This document shows positions 47,221-55,295 of a DNA stretch of 64,000 nucleotides, one piece after another. This stretch comes from Clostridia bacterium (GTDB lineage: Bacteria > Bacillota > Clostridia > Christensenellales > UBA1242). How positions within the stretch are numbered: the stretch's first letter is position 1; every line of letters starts with the position of its first letter. Below the pieces are notes generated by a model. The model worked only from the letters and a program-made list of their open reading frames with translations, was not told where the DNA came from and made no database searches. The translations under genes were made by a program, and so were the position numbers. The DNA is taken from contig JAZSJH010000006.1 in the NCBI GenBank assembly GCA_045534265.1, positions 94,741 through 158,740 on the forward strand, read 5' to 3'.

Positions 47221-48402
47221 ATGAGAAGAATTTATTTGGATAATGCTGCAACAACATTTGTATCTAACGAAGTTTTGACAGAGATGTTGCCAGCATTTAA
47301 CACAACTTACGGAAATGCAGCTAGCCTTCATAGCTTTGGTAGAGAAGCAAATAGTATGGTAGACAAAGCAAGAGATAGAGTGGCTCACGCTATCGGCGCA
47401 AATAGCAACGAAATTTACTTTACTAGTGGTGGTACAGAAGCAAACAACTGGGCGATTATGGGACTTGCTATGGCTAACAAATCAAAAGGTAACCATATCA
47501 TTACTTCAAAAATAGAACACCATTCTGTTCTTGATACTTGCAAAAAATTAGAAACTATGGGATTTAGAGTTTCATATCTTCCTGTTGACCAAAATGGCCT
47601 TGTTAGTATCGCAGACCTTTTGCACGAAATTGATGATAAGACAATACTTGTTAGTATAATGACTGCAAACAACGAAATTGGAACTATTCAAAATATTCAA
47701 ACAATCGCAAAGATTGCTCACGAAAAGAACGCTATTTTCCATACAGACGCTGTTCAAGCAGTAGGAGCAATTACACTAGATGTTAAGGCTTTGGATATTG
47801 ATGCTATGAGTATGTCTGCTCACAAAATATACGGACCAAAAGGTGTTGGTGGACTTTATGTTAAAAAAGGCATCAAAATCAACAACTTTATGAATGGTGG
47901 AAACCAAGAAAGAGGTAAACGTGGTGGCACTCACAACGTTCCTGGAATTGTAGGTTTTGGTAAAGCTATTGAAATTGCAGTAAGAGACCTTTCTATCAAC
48001 AACAAAAAGTTAAAGATGATGAGAGAGTACTTTACAACCAATATTGTAAAACAAATAGAAGATGTAAAAGTAAACGGTCACGCTGTTCAAAAACTTCCTG
48101 GGCTTGTTAATATTTCATTTAATTATATCGAAGGCGAATCACTACTTCTTCTTTTGGATATTGACGGAATCGCAGTATCAACAGGCTCTGCTTGTTCATC
48201 AGGCAGCCTAGAGCCTTCACACGTATTAAAAGCAATTGGACTTAGCCCAGAAGTAGCACAAGGCTCACTGAGATTTGCTTTCTGTAAATCAACATCTAGA
48301 GAAGAGGTTGATTATGTAATCGCTTCTTTGGTAAAAAATGTAAAGAAACTAAGACAAATGTCACCACTTAGCAAAAAATCACCTAAAGGAGGAATCAAGT
48401 AA
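47221..48402 (+). CDS. nifS: Cysteine desulfurase (NifS/IscS class I)
   Basis: IYLDNAATT, PLP-lysine motif SAHKIYGPKG, catalytic loop SSGSACSSGSLEPSHVL. ATG 47221 lies behind GGGAG. Confidence 0.93.
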   Translation: MRRIYLDNAATTFVSNEVLTEMLPAFNTTYGNAASLHSFGREANSMVDKARDRVAHAIGANSNEIYFTSGGTEANNWAIMGLAMANKSKGNHIITSKIEHHSVLDTCKKLETMGFRVSYLPVDQNGLVSIADLLHEIDDKTILVSIMTANNEIGTIQNIQTIAKIAHEKNAIFHTDAVQAVGAITLDVKALDIDAMSMSAHKIYGPKGVGGLYVKKGIKINNFMNGGNQERGKRGGTHNVPGIVGFGKAIEIAVRDLSINNKKLKMMREYFTTNIVKQIEDVKVNGHAVQKLPGLVNISFNYIEGESLLLLLDIDGIAVSTGSACSSGSLEPSHVLKAIGLSPEVAQGSLRFAFCKSTSREEVDYVIASLVKNVKKLRQMSPLSKKSPKGGIK

Positions 48403-48806
48403 TGTATACAGAAAAAGTAATGAAAAGATTTCAACATCCAAAAAATATGGGTGAGATAAGAGGAGCTAGCGGTGTTGGAACTGTTGGCAACACTTCTTGC
48501 GGTGATGTAATGAAAATATACCTTAGAGTTGACGAAGATGAAATGATAACTGACGCTAAGGTAAAAACTTTTGGTTGTGCGGCAGCTATTGCTTCTAGTG
48601 ATGTTGCTGTTGACCTTATCAAAGGCAAAAGCATTGATGATGCGTTAAAAGTAACAAACCAAGATGTTTTAGATGTTTTGGGTGATATGCCAACTCACAA
48701 AATTCATTGTTCAGTTTTGGCTCAAGAAGCCATTGCAGAAGCAGTAAAAGACTATCGCAAAAAACAACTTAGAAAACAGGCTAAACTAAACAAAGAAAAC
48801 CAATAA
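48402..48806 (+). CDS. nifU: Fe-S cluster assembly scaffold (NifU N-terminal/IscU-like)
   Basis: Three conserved Cys contexts (SCGD, FGCAAAIASS, HCSVLA). ATGA-coupled to nifS. Confidence 0.9.
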   Translation: MYTEKVMKRFQHPKNMGEIRGASGVGTVGNTSCGDVMKIYLRVDEDEMITDAKVKTFGCAAAIASSDVAVDLIKGKSIDDALKVTNQDVLDVLGDMPTHKIHCSVLAQEAIAEAVKDYRKKQLRKQAKLNKENQ

Positions 48807-48822
48807 TTACCAAAATAAATAA

Positions 48823-48864
48823 TCTCCTATCTACACAAAATAATCATAGATAGGAGGTTTTTTT
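48823..48864 (+). terminator. Intrinsic terminator after nifU, with an AGGAGG sequence in its 3' arm
   Basis: Stem CTCCTATCTA/TAGATAGGAG (10 bp plus a G-U pair), 13-nt loop, T7. Confidence 0.8.
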
Positions 48865-49005
48865 ATGAAAAGTGGAATGATTATAGGTCTACTTGCCGGA
48901 ACTTGTATTGGTTTGATTACTGCTACTATGTCAAAAGACGCAAGAGTTGCGGTAAACAAAGGAACTCAAATGGCAAAAGAAAAAATGCAACAATTAACAA
49001 AATAG
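48865..49005 (+). CDS. Small YtxH-like membrane protein (46 aa), below the ORF-track size cutoff
   Basis: Translates as MKSGMIIGLLAGTCIGLITATMSKDARVAVNKGTQMAKEKMQQLTK, i.e. a Gly-zipper TM helix plus an amphipathic K/E tail. AGGAGG lies 7 nt upstream of the ATG. Confidence 0.5.
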   Translation: MKSGMIIGLLAGTCIGLITATMSKDARVAVNKGTQMAKEKMQQLTK

Positions 49006-49048
49006 TTCTAAATATTTGGGTTTGATTCCTTTTATTTACAAAAAAGTG

Positions 49049-49077
49049 TTGGAAATTTTCTTAATATATGCTAAAAT
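49049..49077 (+). promoter_or_regulatory. Sigma-A promoter with extended -10 for ruvX
   Basis: TTGGAA, 17 nt, TGcTAAAAT. Confidence 0.6.
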
Positions 49078-49096
49078 ATACTCGTAGGTGAAATAT

Positions 49097-49510
49097 ATGC
49101 GAAAGATGTGTCTTGACTATGGAGATGTAAGAATAGGTATAGCATTAAGCGATATGCTAGGTATTATCGCTAGTGGACTAGAGACTTATACTCGTAAAGA
49201 CGAAGATACAGATATTGAGCACATATTGAAACTTATTCAAGATAATAGTGTAGATACTGTTGTTATTGGTCTTCCTATAAATATGGACGGAACCAGCGGC
49301 GAAAGGGCAGAAGTTACAAAAGCCTTTGGCTCAAAACTTGCCGAAAAAACCACTGCAAAGGTCGTTTATTTGGACGAAAGGCTATCTAGTGTGTCTGCAG
49401 AAAAATTACTTATTCAAGCAGATGTAAGAAGAGATAAACGCAAACAAGTAATAGATAAACTTGCTGCAACTATCATATTACAAAATTATCTTGATATTTA
49501 TTCAAAATAA
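49097..49510 (+). CDS. ruvX: Putative pre-16S rRNA nuclease / Holliday junction resolvase-like YqgF
   Basis: LDYGDVRIGIALSD N-terminal RNase H-like motif, LPINMDG, DERLSS motifs. Confidence 0.9.
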   Translation: MRKMCLDYGDVRIGIALSDMLGIIASGLETYTRKDEDTDIEHILKLIQDNSVDTVVIGLPINMDGTSGERAEVTKAFGSKLAEKTTAKVVYLDERLSSVSAEKLLIQADVRRDKRKQVIDKLAATIILQNYLDIYSK

Positions 49511-49524
49511 GGAGAAATTTTATT

Positions 49525-49866
49525 ATGGCAGAAGAAGTAAAAAATCCAATCGATTGTTTGTATGATGAAGACAACAATGATGCGATTATTCTTTTTAACG
49601 AAAAAGGTGAAGAAATAGCTTTTGAGCAAATCGCTCTTATCCCACAAAAGGAAAAAACATATGCTATTTTGAAACCAATTCAACCTATGGAAGGCGTAGG
49701 CGAAGATGAAGGTTTGGTATTTTCTATCGAAACTTCTAAAGAAGATGGTCAAGAATACCTAGTATTGGTTACTGACGAAGGCGTTATTGATGATGTTTTC
49801 AAAGTATATGACGAACTTGTAGCTGAAGAAGAAGGCGAAGAAGCTTCTGACGGTGATGCTGAATAA
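49525..49866 (+). CDS. DUF1292/UPF0473 family protein
   Basis: Typical pattern (short acidic protein, ...FEQIALIPQKEKTYAILKP...) and conserved position right after ruvX. Confidence 0.85.
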   Translation: MAEEVKNPIDCLYDEDNNDAIILFNEKGEEIAFEQIALIPQKEKTYAILKPIQPMEGVGEDEGLVFSIETSKEDGQEYLVLVTDEGVIDDVFKVYDELVAEEEGEEASDGDAE

Positions 49867-49884
49867 TAAATTGCATAAATAAAG

Positions 49885-49914
49885 TAAGGGGCAGTATTGC
49901 TCCTTATTTTTTTT
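49885..49914 (+). terminator. Intrinsic terminator
   Basis: Stem TAAGGGGCA/TGCTCCTTA (one G-U pair), loop GTAT, T8. Confidence 0.8.
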
Positions 49915-49983
49915 GTTTTGACAAATTGTGGCGTTGTTGTATTTTTTATATTAAAGGATAATTAATACAAATAAAGAAACTGA

Positions 49984-50012
49984 TTGATTTTTTATTTGAG
50001 ATTTGTTATAAT
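49984..50012 (+). promoter_or_regulatory. Orphan sigma-A promoter
   Basis: TTGATT, 17 nt, TATAAT. There is no ORF with an RBS downstream before a terminator. Confidence 0.55.
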
Positions 50013-50018
50013 ATATCT

Positions 50019-50085
50019 ATCGAAAGCAAAATTTATTTTCTTTTTCCCATAAGGTATATAGTTACTTATGGGAATTCTTTTTTTT
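50019..50085 (+). ncRNA. Candidate small RNA (~65 nt) bounded by its own promoter and an intrinsic terminator
   Basis: Predicted transcription start about 7 nt after TATAAT. Terminator stem TTCCCATAAG/CTTATGGGAA (50044-50074) followed by TTCTTTTTTTT. No credible coding potential. Confidence 0.3.
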
Positions 50086-50117
50086 GTAAAAAACTTTATA
50101 TTTTTTCAAAATAATGC

Positions 50118-50146
50118 TTGATTTTTGGTATATATTATAGTATACT
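50118..50146 (+). promoter_or_regulatory. Sigma-A promoter for rpsB-tsf
   Basis: TTGATT, 17 nt, TATACT. Leaves an about 108-nt structured leader. Confidence 0.6.
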
Positions 50147-50260
50147 ATCAAGGTCGTAAATTACACACTGGTTATTTATCTAACCGCTTGTTGGCTAAAC
50201 AAAGTTTAGTTTTTGGTTAGAGGTATGTAACTAGGAGGACTAAACAAGGAGGAAAAAATA

Positions 50261-51031
50261 ATGTCTGTAATTTCTATGAAACAACTTCTAGAAGCTGGCG
50301 TTCATTTTGGTCATCAAGCTAAAAAATGGAACCCTAAGATGAAAAAATATATCTTTACAGTTCGTAACGATATTCATATCATCAACCTAGAAGACACATC
50401 AGTTCAAGCTGATAAAGCATATTTCTTTATTAGAGATATGGTTGCCGCTGGCAAAAACGTATTGTTCGTTGGAACAAAAAAACAAGCTCAAGAAGCAGTT
50501 GAGCAAGATGCTACAAGATGTGGTATGTACTACATCAATAGCAGATGGCTTGGAGGTACTCTAACTAACTTCAAAACTATTAGATCTAGAATCGAAAGAT
50601 TGAACAAACTAAATCAAATGGAAAAAGTTGGTGAGTTCGAACTTCTACCTAAGAAAGAAGTTGCTATCCTAAAAGCTGAAAGAGAAAAACTAGAAAAGAA
50701 CCTTGGTGGTATCAAAGAAATGACTGAACTTCCAGGCGTTGTATTTGTAGTTGATCCTAAGAAAGAGCACATTGCTGTTAAAGAAGCTCGTGCACTTCAC
50801 ATCCCTGTTGTTGGTATCGTTGATACAAACTGTGACCCAGATGACGTTGATTACGTTATCCCAGCAAATGATGATGCTATCAGAAGCGTAAAACTTATCG
50901 TTAGCGCTATGGCTGATGCTGTTATCGAAGCTAAAGAAGGTGTACAAGTTAGAGGTATCGAAGATAACGAAGAAGAAACAGTAAACATGGAAGAAGCTAT
51001 GGCTGCTGTTGCTGAAACAAGCAAAGAATAA
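50261..51031 (+). CDS. rpsB: 30S ribosomal protein S2
   Basis: [22 protein letters not shown] start and [13 protein letters not shown] motif. Confidence 0.97.
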   Translation: MSVISMKQLLEAGVHFGHQAKKWNPKMKKYIFTVRNDIHIINLEDTSVQADKAYFFIRDMVAAGKNVLFVGTKKQAQEAVEQDATRCGMYYINSRWLGGTLTNFKTIRSRIERLNKLNQMEKVGEFELLPKKEVAILKAEREKLEKNLGGIKEMTELPGVVFVVDPKKEHIAVKEARALHIPVVGIVDTNCDPDDVDYVIPANDDAIRSVKLIVSAMADAVIEAKEGVQVRGIEDNEEETVNMEEAMAAVAETSKE

Positions 51032-51050
51032 TAAAAGGGGAAATTTTAAT

Positions 51051-51701
51051 ATGTTTAATGCAAATGATATTAAAGAACTAAGAGCTGCTACTGGTGCTGG
51101 TATGGTTGATTGCCAAAAAGCACTTAAAGAAAGTGACGGCAATATGGAAAAAGCTATAGCTTACCTTAGAGAAAAAGGTATCGCTGCTGCCGCTAAAAAA
51201 TCTTCAAGAATCGCTGCTGAAGGTGTAGTTGGTTCTTATATCCATATGGGTGGAAAAATCGGCGTTTTGGTAGAAGTTAACTGTGAAACAGACTTCGTTG
51301 CTAAATCTGAACAATTCCAAACATTGGTTAGAGACATTGCTATGCAAATCGCTGCTGCAAAACCAGAATATGTAAGAATTGAAGAAGTTCCTGCAGACGC
51401 TGTAGAAAAAGAAAAAGAAATTTTGACAGCTCAATCTCTAAACGAAGGCAAACCTGCTGCTGTTGTTGAAAAAATGGTTCAAGGAAGAATCAAAAAGTTC
51501 TATCAAGACATTTGTCTTATGGAACAAGCTTTTGTTAAAGACCCATCAAAAACTATCACTGATGTTATGAACGAAGCAATCCTTAAGATTGGCGAAAAAC
51601 TAACAATCAGAAGATTTGTTAGATACGAAATGGGTGAAGGTCTTCAAAAGAGAGAAGACAACTTCGTTGAAGAAGTTATGAAACAAGCTAAAGGTGAATA
51701 A
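51051..51701 (+). CDS. tsf: Elongation factor Ts (short form)
   Basis: [40 protein letters not shown]-like N-terminus. ATG 51051 lies behind AAAGGGG. Confidence 0.95.
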   Translation: MFNANDIKELRAATGAGMVDCQKALKESDGNMEKAIAYLREKGIAAAAKKSSRIAAEGVVGSYIHMGGKIGVLVEVNCETDFVAKSEQFQTLVRDIAMQIAAAKPEYVRIEEVPADAVEKEKEILTAQSLNEGKPAAVVEKMVQGRIKKFYQDICLMEQAFVKDPSKTITDVMNEAILKIGEKLTIRRFVRYEMGEGLQKREDNFVEEVMKQAKGE

Positions 51702-51712
51702 TCAAAATCAAA

Positions 51713-51742
51713 AGAAGGGTTTGTAAAAACCTTTCTTTTTTT
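51713..51742 (+). terminator. Intrinsic terminator after tsf
   Basis: Stem GAAGGGTTT/AAACCTTTC (one G-U pair), 4-nt loop, T7. Confidence 0.8.
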
Positions 51743-51833
51743 GTAAAAATGATTAAAAATTACTTATTTATTTGCCAAATAGTATTATTTTATGTATTAT
51801 ATAAATATATTATATTATTTAAGGTGGTTACTT

Positions 51834-52403
51834 ATGGAACTTGAAAATTATGATGAAATTATGCTAGATTTTGAAGAAAAACTAGAAAAGAGAATTGATA
51901 GACTAAACTATGAATACTCTATAATAAGAGCAGGTAGAGCAAACCCAAGAATGCTTGATAAAGTTATGGTTAACTATTACGGAACAATGACTCCGCTTAA
52001 TCAAACATCAAATATCAGCGTACCAGAGGCAAGAATGATTCTTATCTCTCCATGGGACGCAAGCCTTGTTAAAGAAATTAACAAAGCTATCTTGGCAAGC
52101 GACCTTGGTGTATCTCCTTCTGATGACGGAAAAGTTATTCGTCTTGTTTTTCCTATGCTTACTGAAGAAAGAAGAAGAGAACTTGTAAAGAAAGTAAAAG
52201 CTGTTTGCGAAGAAGCAAAAATCGGTATTAGAAACGAAAGAAGAGATGTTTTGGAAATCTTCAAAAAAGCAGAAAAAGACAAACAAATGACTGAAGATGA
52301 CAGAAAGACAGCAGAAACAGAAGTTCAAAAACTTACTGACAAATACAATCAAACTGCTGATGCTATATGCGCTGCTAAAGAAAAAGATATTATGGAGATA
52401 TAA
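51834..52403 (+). CDS. frr: Ribosome recycling factor
   Basis: IRAGRANPRMLD, ISPWD, IRNERRD motifs. ATG 51834 lies behind AAGGTGG. Confidence 0.95.
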   Translation: MELENYDEIMLDFEEKLEKRIDRLNYEYSIIRAGRANPRMLDKVMVNYYGTMTPLNQTSNISVPEARMILISPWDASLVKEINKAILASDLGVSPSDDGKVIRLVFPMLTEERRRELVKKVKAVCEEAKIGIRNERRDVLEIFKKAEKDKQMTEDDRKTAETEVQKLTDKYNQTADAICAAKEKDIMEI

Positions 52404-52420
52404 TTTTAGCAGGTATATAA

Positions 52421-53134
52421 ATGAGTATTTTTAGAAAGAAAAAAATTGATTTTTCTAAACTTCCAAAACATGTTGCCTTTATTATGGACGGCAATGGTAG
52501 ATGGGCAAAGATAAAAGGAAAGGTTCGCACCTATGGACACAAACAAGGTGTAGAGTCTGTAGAAAAAGTAATCAAGCATGCAAAAAAACTTGGACTTGAG
52601 ATTATATCTTTTTATGCATTTTCTACCGAAAACTGGAATAGACCTCAAGAAGAAGTCGATTATATCTTTGGGCTTTTGAGAGATTATCTAAAAGAGCACA
52701 AAAATAGTTTTGAGCAAAATAATATCAAGGTCAAAATTATTGGTGATATAACAAGACTACCTAAAGATTTGCAAAAGTCAATCTTGGACGTTGAAAAGCG
52801 AACACATGACTGTGATGGGCTACTTGTTAATGTATGTCTAAACTATGGTAGTAGAGTTGAGATAATAAGAGCTATTAATAACATTATCAAAGATGGTGTC
52901 AAAGAAGTTACTGATGAGATCTTTGCTAATTATTTGCAAACAGAAGGTATACCAGACCCAGACCTTGTGGTAAGAACAAGCGGTGAGTGTAGACTTAGCA
53001 ACTTTATGCTTTATCAATGCGCTTACTCTGAGTTATATTTCCCAAAGGTTTATTGGCCGGACTTTGACGAAAAGGAATTAGAAAAAGCTATTATTGTTTA
53101 CCAAAGCCGTAATCGTAGATTTGGTAAGATATAA
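52421..53134 (+). CDS. uppS: Undecaprenyl diphosphate synthase (cis-prenyltransferase)
   Basis: HVAFIMDGNGRWA, FSTENWNRP, RTSGE.RLSNF motifs. Confidence 0.95.
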   Translation: MSIFRKKKIDFSKLPKHVAFIMDGNGRWAKIKGKVRTYGHKQGVESVEKVIKHAKKLGLEIISFYAFSTENWNRPQEEVDYIFGLLRDYLKEHKNSFEQNNIKVKIIGDITRLPKDLQKSILDVEKRTHDCDGLLVNVCLNYGSRVEIIRAINNIIKDGVKEVTDEIFANYLQTEGIPDPDLVVRTSGECRLSNFMLYQCAYSELYFPKVYWPDFDEKELEKAIIVYQSRNRRFGKI

Positions 53135-53151
53135 AAGAAGGATTTTTACTT

Positions 53152-54120
53152 ATGAAAGATTTGAACGAAAAACAATTATTTAGACAAAAATGTGGTATGG
53201 CTGTTGTTCTTGTATTGATACTAGCAGCATTTTTGATGTTGCAACTTGTTAACAGTTACACATTTGACGTATTTATCGGTCTTGTTTCAACACTAGCTGC
53301 TGTTGAGATAAGTTTACTTTTGACAAAGATGGGTAGACCTAACTATAAGTGGGTTATTATTGCTTATCCTATACTTTTGTTTATTACATTTTTTATTATG
53401 ATGCTACTTGGTCTTGAAGCAACACACCTATTTATCGCAGGAATTGCTATTATGGCATTTTTATTCCTTGCTTCATTTGTTGTTTCAATCACTCTTTTGA
53501 AAAAAGATGTAGAAAATGATGGCTTTAGAGTAACAACAGGTATGAAAGTAAGTCAATTTGCTTTTTATAAATCAACAAATACTTTGTTTGGACTTTATTA
53601 TCCAACATTTCTATTTATGTTCTTGTACTTTATAAACCATATCACAACTATCGGTTTTAACGTAATTGAACAATCTTATGGCAGTTTGAATATTGGAATT
53701 ATGGGTATAATACTATCTATTGGTATTGCTTGTCTTTCTGATACTTTTGCAAATGTTTTTGGTAGAATGATTAAAGGGCCAAAACTTTGTCCAAAAATCA
53801 GCCCAAATAAAACCATCTCTGGTTTTTGTTTTGGTCTTTTGGGTGGAGCAATTGCAGGCGTTGTAACATTCTTTGTATTTAACGCTATATTTGCCGGAGC
53901 ATTATCTGCAATTGGTTTTTGGAGATTTATGATTGTAGGTTTTGTTGGCAGTGCTGTTGCAAGCCTTGGGGACCTTATTGAGTCATATATCAAAAGAAGA
54001 GCAAACGTAAAAGATGCTTCAAACATCTTACGTTCTCATGGTGGAATTTTGGATAGATTTGATTCTATCGCACTTAATATCCCTTTTGTATTTATTTGTT
54101 TATTATTGATGCTTGTATAG
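53152..54120 (+). CDS. cdsA: Phosphatidate cytidylyltransferase
   Basis: Polytopic. CTP-transferase signature ISPNKTISG ... GDLIESYIKR ... SHGGILDRFDS. Confidence 0.85.
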   Translation: MKDLNEKQLFRQKCGMAVVLVLILAAFLMLQLVNSYTFDVFIGLVSTLAAVEISLLLTKMGRPNYKWVIIAYPILLFITFFIMMLLGLEATHLFIAGIAIMAFLFLASFVVSITLLKKDVENDGFRVTTGMKVSQFAFYKSTNTLFGLYYPTFLFMFLYFINHITTIGFNVIEQSYGSLNIGIMGIILSIGIACLSDTFANVFGRMIKGPKLCPKISPNKTISGFCFGLLGGAIAGVVTFFVFNAIFAGALSAIGFWRFMIVGFVGSAVASLGDLIESYIKRRANVKDASNILRSHGGILDRFDSIALNIPFVFICLLLMLV

Positions 54121-54140
54121 TATCTTGGAGGTAGTTTACT

Positions 54141-55244
54141 TTGCAATCTAGATTATTATTTAGTTTTGCTGGTACTATGTCTACTATTGGCTACATTCTG
54201 CTTGCAGTTCTTGTTTTACTTGTGATGGTTATGATACATGAGTTAGGGCATTATACTGCAGGTAAACTATTAAAGTTTAAGATTAATGAATTTTCCATAG
54301 GTTTTGGTAAGGCTATTTTTAGCAAGACTAATAAATCCGGTGAAAAGATTTCTCTTAGAATATTCCCACTTGGTGGATATTGTGCTTTTGATGGGGAAGA
54401 TGAAAACGCAGAAGATTCTCCAACGGCGTTTAACAATCAAAAAGCTTGGAAAAGACTTATTGTATTGTTCTGCGGTGCATTTTTTAACTTTGTGTCAGGA
54501 ATAATATTTTCAGCAATATTTTTGATGTCTTTTGGTTATGTTGATGTTGTAAGGGTTACTAATATATATGATGCTCCACTAGAAGCTGAGTACATTGCTA
54601 TAACTGAGCAAGCAACTTATGATTGGCTACAAGTTGGAGATGTCGTTTATAAAGTTAATGGCGAAAATACTTCTATTATAAAAGATAGATATTTTACTAA
54701 TATGGTAGAAGCTTTTGGCGAAAACGAAATATTTACTGTTACTGTAAAACGTGATGGAAAAATGCACGATATAGTAATGTATAGAAGAATGATAACTGTA
54801 GAAGGTGAAACTGAAGGTTCGCTTAGAGTAGGAGCTAACTTTGCTTGGCATAAGTTTGGTTTCTTTGAAGCTATCGGCAGAGCGTTTAAGTTTACATTTG
54901 ATTGGGCTGTTAAGGTGTTGTATATCTTATGGCAACTAATCACGGGTGGTCTTGCAATAACAAATCTCGGTGGACCTGTAACTACTATTAGTACAATAGC
55001 AGAAGTAACATCTGCAAACTTTGCGAACTTATTGCTTCTTTTGCCTATTATTTCTGCAAACCTTGCTGTGTTTAATTTGCTTCCATTCCCAGCTCTTGAT
55101 GGCGCAAGAATGTTGTTTGTACTTATAGAAATGATTTTTAGAAAACCAGTCAATAGAAAGGTCGAAGGACTTATTCATACAGTTGGTTTGTTTATACTAC
55201 TAGGTTTTGTAGTGGTAGTTGATATATTACATTTTATATTATAA
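54141..55244 (+). CDS. rseP: Site-2 (M50) zinc metalloprotease RseP/RasP
   Basis: HELGHY in TM1, a PDZ segment (LQVGDVVYKVNGE), and NLLPFPALDG. TTG start behind GGAGG; ATG 54177 is an alternative. Confidence 0.9.
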   Translation: MQSRLLFSFAGTMSTIGYILLAVLVLLVMVMIHELGHYTAGKLLKFKINEFSIGFGKAIFSKTNKSGEKISLRIFPLGGYCAFDGEDENAEDSPTAFNNQKAWKRLIVLFCGAFFNFVSGIIFSAIFLMSFGYVDVVRVTNIYDAPLEAEYIAITEQATYDWLQVGDVVYKVNGENTSIIKDRYFTNMVEAFGENEIFTVTVKRDGKMHDIVMYRRMITVEGETEGSLRVGANFAWHKFGFFEAIGRAFKFTFDWAVKVLYILWQLITGGLAITNLGGPVTTISTIAEVTSANFANLLLLLPIISANLAVFNLLPFPALDGARMLFVLIEMIFRKPVNRKVEGLIHTVGLFILLGFVVVVDILHFIL

Positions 55245-55295
55245 CTTCTAAGCCCCTACATTTGTTAGGGGCAATATTTTTATAAAGGATAGAGT

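Noticed and set aside
50690-51142. 150-aa minus-strand ORF across the rpsB/tsf junction
   Set aside because: Antisense to two ribosomal/translation genes, with no independent expression signals.
54647-55153. 168-aa minus-strand ORF inside rseP
   Set aside because: Antisense to a well-supported M50 protease gene; a shadow frame.
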